Assembly (NCBI GenBank): GCA_963695555.1
Contig: CAVOGR010000001.1
Coordinates: forward strand, 800,001 to 864,000
Direction: 5' to 3'
Origin: an uncultured Gemmatimonadales bacterium
GTDB taxonomy: Bacteria > Gemmatimonadota > Gemmatimonadetes > Gemmatimonadales > GWC2-71-9
DNA length: 64,000 nt
Shown here: in pieces, positions 57,837 through 64,000 of the stretch
Layout: each line of letters opens with the position of its first letter
Position numbering within the stretch: position 1 is the first letter of the stretch
Notes under the pieces: generated by a model
The model's database searches: none
Told to the model about the DNA's origin: nothing
The model's input: the letters and a program-made list of their open reading frames with translations, nothing else
Made by a program: the position numbers and the translations under genes

Positions 57837-59078
57837 TCACTCGTATCGCAACGCCTCGATCGGGTCGAGCTTGGAGGCCCGCAGTGCCGGGTAGAGCCCG
57901 AAGCACACGCCCGTGATGACCGAGGCGGAGAGCGCCAGGACGATGGACCAAAGCGGAATGGCGGCCGGAATCGGGGTGAAGTGGCGAATCCCGCTCGCGA
58001 GCAACGCGCCTAACGCCAGCCCGAAGATGCCGCCGACCAGGGTCAGGGTGGCGGCCTCGACCAGGAACTGGAACATGATTTCCCGGCGCGTGGCACCGAG
58101 CGCCTTGCGCACGCCGATCTCCCGGGTCCGCTCCGTGACCGAGATGAGCATGATGGCCACGACCCCGACCCCCCCCACCATGAGGGCCACGGCGGAGAGC
58201 GCGAACATGACCAGGAAGAAGCCCTGGGTGATGTTGTTGAAGGCGTCGAGGAAGCGATCCTGGGTCACAACGGCGAAATTATTGTCCTCCTGCGGCTTGA
58301 GTCCGCGCACGCTTCGCATGGCGGAAATGACCTGGTCTTGCGCTTCGAGGACCGTGGCTTCCTCGGTCGGCATGACGGCCATCTCCATCCATCCCTTCCA
58401 GTAGTCGGCCACCTTGGTGAAGGTGGTGTGCGGCATGGCGAGGCGCGCCTGACCTCCGCCTCCGAACAACGACGAGGCCTCGATATGCAGGCCGATGACC
58501 TCGAACGGCTGACCGAAGATTTTGATCTTCCGTCCGAGGGGGTCGAGGCCGGGGAACAGCGTTTCGGCCAGCTTATCGTTGATCACCGCGACGCGCGCGG
58601 ACGCCGCGTACTCGAGCTGGGTGAAACTCCGGCCGGCGCGGATTTCCCCACCGGTCACGTAGATCCAGCTGGGGCTGAAGCCCGCGATGCTCACGTCGGT
58701 CAAGTTGGTCGTGCCATAGCTGACCGGCCCCGAGGTACCCTCCTGGACCGTCACGTCGCGGATCAGCGGAAGCTGTCGCACCGCGTCGGCTTCGTCGACC
58801 GTGATCCACGGATTGCGACGCCACGGCGACAATTCATCCGAGCCGTCCGAGATCGTGATCCCGCCTGACCAGAAGCGCGTCACGAAGAAGGTCTTGGGTC
58901 CGGCCGACTCGAGCATGCTGGTGACGCTTTGGTTGATGCCGGTAATGGCCGAGGCCATGCCGATCACCACCGTCACACCGATCCCGATGCCCAGGATGGT
59001 GAGCGAAGCGCGGATCTTGTTGCTCCAGATCGAAGTCAGCGCGATCCCGACGCCTTCGAAGAGCCGAAAGAAGGACAT
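57837..59078 (-). CDS. ABC transporter permease (MacB/FtsX type) 2
   Basis: IRASLTILGIGIG, GGVGVVAIMLISVTERTREIG, ASKLDPIEALRYE. Confidence 0.93.
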   Translation of the reverse strand: MSFFRLFEGVGIALTSIWSNKIRASLTILGIGIGVTVVIGMASAITGINQSVTSMLESAGPKTFFVTRFWSGGITISDGSDELSPWRRNPWITVDEADAVRQLPLIRDVTVQEGTSGPVSYGTTNLTDVSIAGFSPSWIYVTGGEIRAGRSFTQLEYAASARVAVINDKLAETLFPGLDPLGRKIKIFGQPFEVIGLHIEASSLFGGGGQARLAMPHTTFTKVADYWKGWMEMAVMPTEEATVLEAQDQVISAMRSVRGLKPQEDNNFAVVTQDRFLDAFNNITQGFFLVMFALSAVALMVGGVGVVAIMLISVTERTREIGVRKALGATRREIMFQFLVEAATLTLVGGIFGLALGALLASGIRHFTPIPAAIPLWSIVLALSASVITGVCFGLYPALRASKLDPIEALRYE

Positions 59079-59090
59079 GGCGTCTCGTTC

Positions 59091-60332
59091 CTATTCCGCC
59101 CGCAGGGCCACGATCGGGTCGAGCCTGGCCGCCCGGTAGGCCGGGTAGACACCGGCCACGATCCCGACCAGCATGCCAAGGCTCACGCCGAGCACGATCG
59201 ACATGGGGACGACCACGGCGGGCAGCGGGCTCAAGGCCCGGACCACCATGGCAAGGGTGATCCCGAGCACGATGCCGAAGGCCGCGCCGACAGTGGAGAC
59301 CGTGGCGGCCTCGACGAGGAACTGACTGAGAATGTCGGACCGCTTGGCGCCCAGGGCTTTTCTGATGCCGATTTCCCGGGTGCGTTCCGTGACCGACATC
59401 AGCATGATGTTCATGATGACGATGCCGCCCACCACCAGGCTGATCCCCACCAGGAGCGGCAATCCGATCGAGAGATATTGTGAGACTTTGTTCCAGCCCT
59501 CGAGGGCACCCTCGGCCGTCTGGAGGAAGAAGTTGTTCTCTTGGTCCGGCTTGAGTCGCCGCCGGCCCCGCATCAACGCCTCGACCTCATTCATCGCCAC
59601 CACCATGCTGGCCGGGTTGTCGGCCTTGACCAGCAGCTCGTCGAGCACGTTGATCGGGCAGATCAGCCGACGACCCTGCGAGGTGTACGGCATGATGGCG
59701 AACTTGTCCATCGAGATTCCGAACGCCGTGCCCTGCTTCTCCACCACGCCGATCACGCGGTAGTGAATGCCGCCCACGTTCACGGCCTTCCCGATCGGGT
59801 CCGCCCCCTCGAACAGACGTTCGGCGAGAAGGTCGCCGATCACCAAGACCGGACGCGCCGCGCGCATCTCCTGCACGGTGAAGGCACGCCCGGAGGTGAT
59901 CGCGTAGTCGCGGATATTGAAGTACTCGGGCTCGGTCCCGATGAGATCGATGTCCTTGGCGGTCTTCCCGCCATAGCTGATGTTGACCCGATCCTGGCAG
60001 AATTTGGCGGTGCGGACCGGCGTCTGGATGCGGGCGGCGACGTACTCGGCGTCGGCGACGGTTACCCGGGGCCGGCGCCGCCAGGAGAGCCACTCCTCAC
60101 GGGTGATGTTGCCGGTGGTGATGCTGGGTCGCTGGCGCAATTGAAAGGAGTTGGCCCCGATCAGTCGGTTGGCGATGCGGTCTTCGACGTAGTCGTTCAT
60201 GCCCGATACGATTGACCAGACTGCGATCAGGAACATGACGCCAATGAGCACGCCGATCAGGGAAAAGAAGCTCTTGAGCTTTTGCGCTCGGATCATCTGG
60301 AAGGCCATGCGGATGGCCTCGATGAGGCGCAT
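59091..60332 (-). CDS. ABC transporter permease (MacB/FtsX type) 1
   Basis: LKSFFSLIGVLIG, GGIVIMNIMLMSVTERTREIG, AARLDPIVALRAE. Confidence 0.93.
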   Translation of the reverse strand: MRLIEAIRMAFQMIRAQKLKSFFSLIGVLIGVMFLIAVWSIVSGMNDYVEDRIANRLIGANSFQLRQRPSITTGNITREEWLSWRRRPRVTVADAEYVAARIQTPVRTAKFCQDRVNISYGGKTAKDIDLIGTEPEYFNIRDYAITSGRAFTVQEMRAARPVLVIGDLLAERLFEGADPIGKAVNVGGIHYRVIGVVEKQGTAFGISMDKFAIMPYTSQGRRLICPINVLDELLVKADNPASMVVAMNEVEALMRGRRRLKPDQENNFFLQTAEGALEGWNKVSQYLSIGLPLLVGISLVVGGIVIMNIMLMSVTERTREIGIRKALGAKRSDILSQFLVEAATVSTVGAAFGIVLGITLAMVVRALSPLPAVVVPMSIVLGVSLGMLVGIVAGVYPAYRAARLDPIVALRAE

Positions 60333-61039
60333 TAGGCGGCGCTCCGCGTACGCTCGTCGGTGGCAACACGACCATCCCGGAGCGTCACCACCCGTTCGGC
60401 GTGGGCGGCGATGTCGAGTTCATGTGTCACCAGGACGATCGTTTGACCGTCCGCGTGCAGCCGGTGGAAGACCTGCATGATCTCGTGGCTGGTTCCGCTA
60501 TCGAGGTTCCCGGTGGGTTCATCGGCCAACAGGATAGACGGCCGGCTGACCAGCGCGCGGGCGATGGCCACGCGTTGCCGCTGCCCGCCGGACAGCTCGT
60601 TGGGCCGGTGATCCATGCGATCGGCCAGGCCCACGCGCTCGAGGGCCTCCCCCGCGCGGTGGCGCCGCTCACGCGACGTGTTGCCCCCGTACACCAAGGG
60701 CAGCTCGACGTTGTGCAGCGCCGTGGCCCGGGGCAGCAGGTTGAAGGTCTGGAAGACAAAGCCGATCTCGCGATTCCGGACCCGGGCCAGCGCCAGGTCC
60801 CCCATGCGCGACACCTCCTGCCCGTTGAGCCAGTATTCGCCGGCAGTCGGCGAATCGAGGCAGCCGATCACATTGAGCAGGGTCGACTTGCCCGAGCCGG
60901 ACGGTCCCATGATGGCGACGTACTCGTTGCGCCGGATCGCGAGGGTCACGTCACGCAGGGCGTGAATCCGCTCGGACCCGAGCACGTATTCGCGGGTGAG
61001 ATCCAGCGTCTGGATCACGCAGTCCGACATCGCGCTCAC
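60332..61039 (-). CDS. ABC transporter ATP-binding protein (LolD/MacB type)
   Basis: [32 protein letters not shown]. Confidence 0.96.
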   Translation of the reverse strand: MSAMSDCVIQTLDLTREYVLGSERIHALRDVTLAIRRNEYVAIMGPSGSGKSTLLNVIGCLDSPTAGEYWLNGQEVSRMGDLALARVRNREIGFVFQTFNLLPRATALHNVELPLVYGGNTSRERRHRAGEALERVGLADRMDHRPNELSGGQRQRVAIARALVSRPSILLADEPTGNLDSGTSHEIMQVFHRLHADGQTIVLVTHELDIAAHAERVVTLRDGRVATDERTRSAA

Positions 61040-62295
61040 TCGGCCCGGGCGCCGGTTGGGGTATTCCGGACCTTCGTGCTGTCCTTCATGTCGCGGATCG
61101 CCTGAAACGGGCCGGCCACGATGGTGTCGCCCTCGCGCAGGCCTTCCAGCACTTCGAAGTGCTCCTCGCCCGCGATCCCCACTTTGACCGGCACGAACTG
61201 GGCGAGGTCATCGTGGATGACGAACACCCCCTCGGTGTCCTTCTTCTTCCCGGTACCCGTGGTGTCCCGATCGACCGACTCGTTGGGCACCACCTCATGT
61301 TCGCGGACCGTCAAGGCAATGATAGGAACGCTCAACGCCTCGTCACGGATATTGGTGACGATCCGGGCCGTACAACTCAAGTCGGGACGGATGTCCGGCG
61401 GAGGATTGGTGAGCGTGATTTCGACCTCGAAATCCACCGCGCGATCGGACGATCCCGCGGCCGTTTGTGTGGCCGTCAAGAGGGCGCTGTTGCTGATCTT
61501 GGTGACGCGCCCGACGAATGTTGTGTCGGGATAGGCGTCGATGGTGACTTCCACCGAGTCGCCCATCTCCAGCCGGATGACGTCGGTCTCGTCCACCTTG
61601 ATCGTCGCGAGGATGACCGACAAGTCCGCGACCGTCATCAACAGGCCGGTCTCGCGGGAGAAGGTGCCGGGAACGGCCACCTCGCCCTCCTCGACGGCCA
61701 ATCGCACGACGCGGCCGTCGATCGGCGACGTGAGTCGGGTCTTGGCCAGCTGGTCCTTCGACTCGCGGAGGCCGGCCCGGTATTGCTCGACCTGGGCACG
61801 GCTCGCGTTGTGATTGGCCACCGCGACGTCATAGGACGTCTGCGCGATTTCCACATCCTGGTCGGAGATCAAGGAGTTTCCCGCCGCCTTGAGGCTCTTG
61901 GCCCGCTGGAGGGCGCGATCGGCCTGATCCAGGTTGGCTTTGGCCTGCACCATGGAGGCCTGGCCCGTGGCCAAGAGCGCCTCCCCGCGGGCCACCGCCG
62001 CCTCGTATTGGGACGGATCGATTCGGATCAGGAAGTCGCCCTTCTTGACGGCATCGCCTTCCCGCACCGCGATCCGGGTGATGCGTCCGGTGATGTCGGC
62101 GCTGATGTCGACCTTGGTCTTGGCCTCGATATTCCCGCTGGCCGTAACCGTGGCGACGAGATTGCGCTTGGTCACCTCTTCATAGCGAACCTCGGTCCCC
62201 CGACTGCCGCGTTTCGCAGCGCTCAGGGCGAAGATGCCGCCGACAACGACCAGAAGGACGATGCCGATAATTCCCAGCTTGGCACGACGGGACAT
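61036..62295 (-). CDS. Efflux periplasmic adaptor (MacA/HlyD family)
   Basis: N-terminal TM, lipoyl halves '[10 protein letters not shown]' and 'SPIDGRV', VDETD. Confidence 0.92.
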   Translation of the reverse strand: MSRRAKLGIIGIVLLVVVGGIFALSAAKRGSRGTEVRYEEVTKRNLVATVTASGNIEAKTKVDISADITGRITRIAVREGDAVKKGDFLIRIDPSQYEAAVARGEALLATGQASMVQAKANLDQADRALQRAKSLKAAGNSLISDQDVEIAQTSYDVAVANHNASRAQVEQYRAGLRESKDQLAKTRLTSPIDGRVVRLAVEEGEVAVPGTFSRETGLLMTVADLSVILATIKVDETDVIRLEMGDSVEVTIDAYPDTTFVGRVTKISNSALLTATQTAAGSSDRAVDFEVEITLTNPPPDIRPDLSCTARIVTNIRDEALSVPIIALTVREHEVVPNESVDRDTTGTGKKKDTEGVFVIHDDLAQFVPVKVGIAGEEHFEVLEGLREGDTIVAGPFQAIRDMKDSTKVRNTPTGARAE

Positions 62296-62305
62296 GATGT
62301 TCCTC

Positions 62306-63844
62306 TTAGCGGAGCGGCCGTCCCACCGCGGCTTCAAGCGCGGCGAGGGCCCGGTGGTAAGCGTACACGGCGTTTACGTAATCTCCTTCGGCTCGCTGGA
62401 CCGCGTTCTGCGCATCGGATAACTCGAGCGATGTGCCGCTGCCGAGTCGGTAGCGATCCTGGGCCAGCCTGAGCTGCTCCCGCGCGGCGACGCGGCTCTT
62501 TTCCTGGACCGCGATGGCTTGATACGCGGTCTTCAAGGCAAGGAACCTGGTATTGACCTGGGCCCGAACCTGCAGCGCGCCGGCCCGGAGACTCTCGTCG
62601 GCGTCTTGTTGCGCTGCCTTGGCCTGCGACAGCTGGAGCGACCGGCCGAACCCGGTGAAGATGGGGAGCGAGATCGAGATGCTGGCCTGGAACGGCTGGG
62701 CCGTAAAATCGAATGGGAACACGTCGTTCGCATCCACGATCTGCTGCTCGAGCGCCGGGTCCAATGCCGTGCCGCCGGCATTGAGCCCCGTGGCGCCATT
62801 GCAGTCGGGCACTGTGCCCGCCGGGTGCGGCGACGTGAGCCGGGTCAGGATGTCGTTTTGGTACTGGCAATCGGCCGCGGCGCCTTGGGCGCCCAAGAGG
62901 GTCGATTGAATGAGCGCATTGCGATCGGTCAACTCCTGGGAGAACCCGCTCCAGCCGGCCTGCGCAAACAGGGACGGTAGGAACGCCGACTTGGCCGATC
63001 GGACCGACCAGGCCGCCGCCCGCTCGCGTGCTTCCAGGGCGCGAAGCGCCGGGTTCTGTTCCCCGGCGATCTCCAGAAGTTCGTCCAGCTGGTACTCCGG
63101 CGGAACCACGGGAAACGGATCCGTCAACCCAACCTGGTCGACCGGCACGGGAGGCGTGACGCCCATTCGTCGATACAGCTCGATCTTGGCGGCATTCTCG
63201 CTTTGAATATTCTCGAGCAGCGCCACCTCAGACTGACCCTGGGTCACCTCCGCTTGGCGAACGTCCAACAGGGTCGCCTGTCCCACCGCAAGTCTGGCCT
63301 GCGCCAGCTCCAGGAATACCCGATTGCGCGCGACCTGCTGCCGCGCCACCTCGACCTGGGCGGCTGCCTGGAGCGCCGCGAGGTACTGATCCGTGATGTC
63401 GTTTTCGAGCAACACCCCGGCGTTGTTGATGTCTTCCTCGACCGCACGCCGGTTGGCCTTCTGAAGCCCGGGGCCAGAAATGACGCGCCCGTCGAGCTGC
63501 CACTGAAGTCCCACGGTGTAGCTCGAGCTCAGGATCGAGGGCGTCGCGTTCGTGAGATTGCCGCCGAATCGTGAGGATCCCGTTCCGGTATATCCGATGC
63601 CGCTCGAAACGCTGGCTGACGGCAGCAAGCTGCCCCAGGCATTCCGGACCGCCCAGGAGGCGGGCGAGGCATCATTCAACACCTGCCGGTAGCCGGGGCT
63701 GTTCGCACGGGCTTCTGCCAAGGCCTCGGCCAGGGTAAGGGAGGCGAGGACCGGAGGACGCTCCGGGATGACCAGCGTATCCTGGGCGAGGGCCCCTCCG
63801 GGCAAGGCGATGACGAGGGCAAACGAGAGCTGCCAGCGGCACAT
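62306..63844 (-). CDS. TolC family outer membrane protein
   Basis: Signal peptide, 'LTLAEALAEA', 'SLPIFTGF', 'DRYRLGSGTSLELSDAQ', 'ALEAAVG'. Confidence 0.9.
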   Translation of the reverse strand: MCRWQLSFALVIALPGGALAQDTLVIPERPPVLASLTLAEALAEARANSPGYRQVLNDASPASWAVRNAWGSLLPSASVSSGIGYTGTGSSRFGGNLTNATPSILSSSYTVGLQWQLDGRVISGPGLQKANRRAVEEDINNAGVLLENDITDQYLAALQAAAQVEVARQQVARNRVFLELAQARLAVGQATLLDVRQAEVTQGQSEVALLENIQSENAAKIELYRRMGVTPPVPVDQVGLTDPFPVVPPEYQLDELLEIAGEQNPALRALEARERAAAWSVRSAKSAFLPSLFAQAGWSGFSQELTDRNALIQSTLLGAQGAAADCQYQNDILTRLTSPHPAGTVPDCNGATGLNAGGTALDPALEQQIVDANDVFPFDFTAQPFQASISISLPIFTGFGRSLQLSQAKAAQQDADESLRAGALQVRAQVNTRFLALKTAYQAIAVQEKSRVAAREQLRLAQDRYRLGSGTSLELSDAQNAVQRAEGDYVNAVYAYHRALAALEAAVGRPLR

Positions 63845-64000
63845 GGATCGGGTTCCCCTAGGTGGGTGGATGCTCGGTGAGCCACCGACTCATACGGCCG
63901 AATTCGGACCCAAGTTTCACCTTGGGACACGGAGCGGCACCAGTCTGGCCAGGCCGGGGCTCGAGGAAGGTAGCGATCCCGAGTGTGTCTGGCTTAATCG

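Noticed and set aside
63847..63862. Another TAGGG-N4-CCCTA box upstream of tolC
   Set aside because: Only one half-site matches and it coincides with the tolC ribosome-binding region (AGGGG on the minus strand)

Overview
A GC-rich 64-kb bacterial chromosomal window; gene content (kinase-TolB/TPR fusion, mglBA after recR, bshB1, tandem MacB-type permeases, DUF4402-like surface locus) suggests Gemmatimonadota, which is my inference. 1-26 kb is an accessory-like run of mostly + strand genes: serine hydrolase, methyltransferases, DinB-like proteins, aldo/keto reductases, ArsC, a CDGSH protein, a Ser/Thr kinase, an Ig-like lipoprotein and ada. It also holds a tRNA-Arg(TCG) followed by a class-V PLP enzyme and an unusual PfkB kinase-Qng1/DUF2419-like fusion ending in a 4-Cys motif. 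26-35.7 kb is core: ispG, a TlpA, a cluster of DnaA-box-like 9-mers, then pyk-MBL-pgi-fba-ytxH-yihY. 35.9-41 kb is an indel-riddled minus-strand chaperone-usher-like pilus locus. 41.7-49.7 kb is ffs(SRP RNA)-dnaX-ybaB-recR-orf-mglB-mglA-pgsA-cinA-grpE-dnaJ. 49.7-64 kb is a minus-strand run: tolC, adaptor, ABC ATPase, four permeases, bshB1, iscS, mnmA, holin-like, ppk1. Heptamer tandem repeats and apparent decayed four-helix-bundle gene remnants recur in intergenic spaces. Single-base frameshifts, even in dnaX, point to long-read consensus errors, so fine details need read-level checking. All family calls come from motif recognition by eye; no searches were run.
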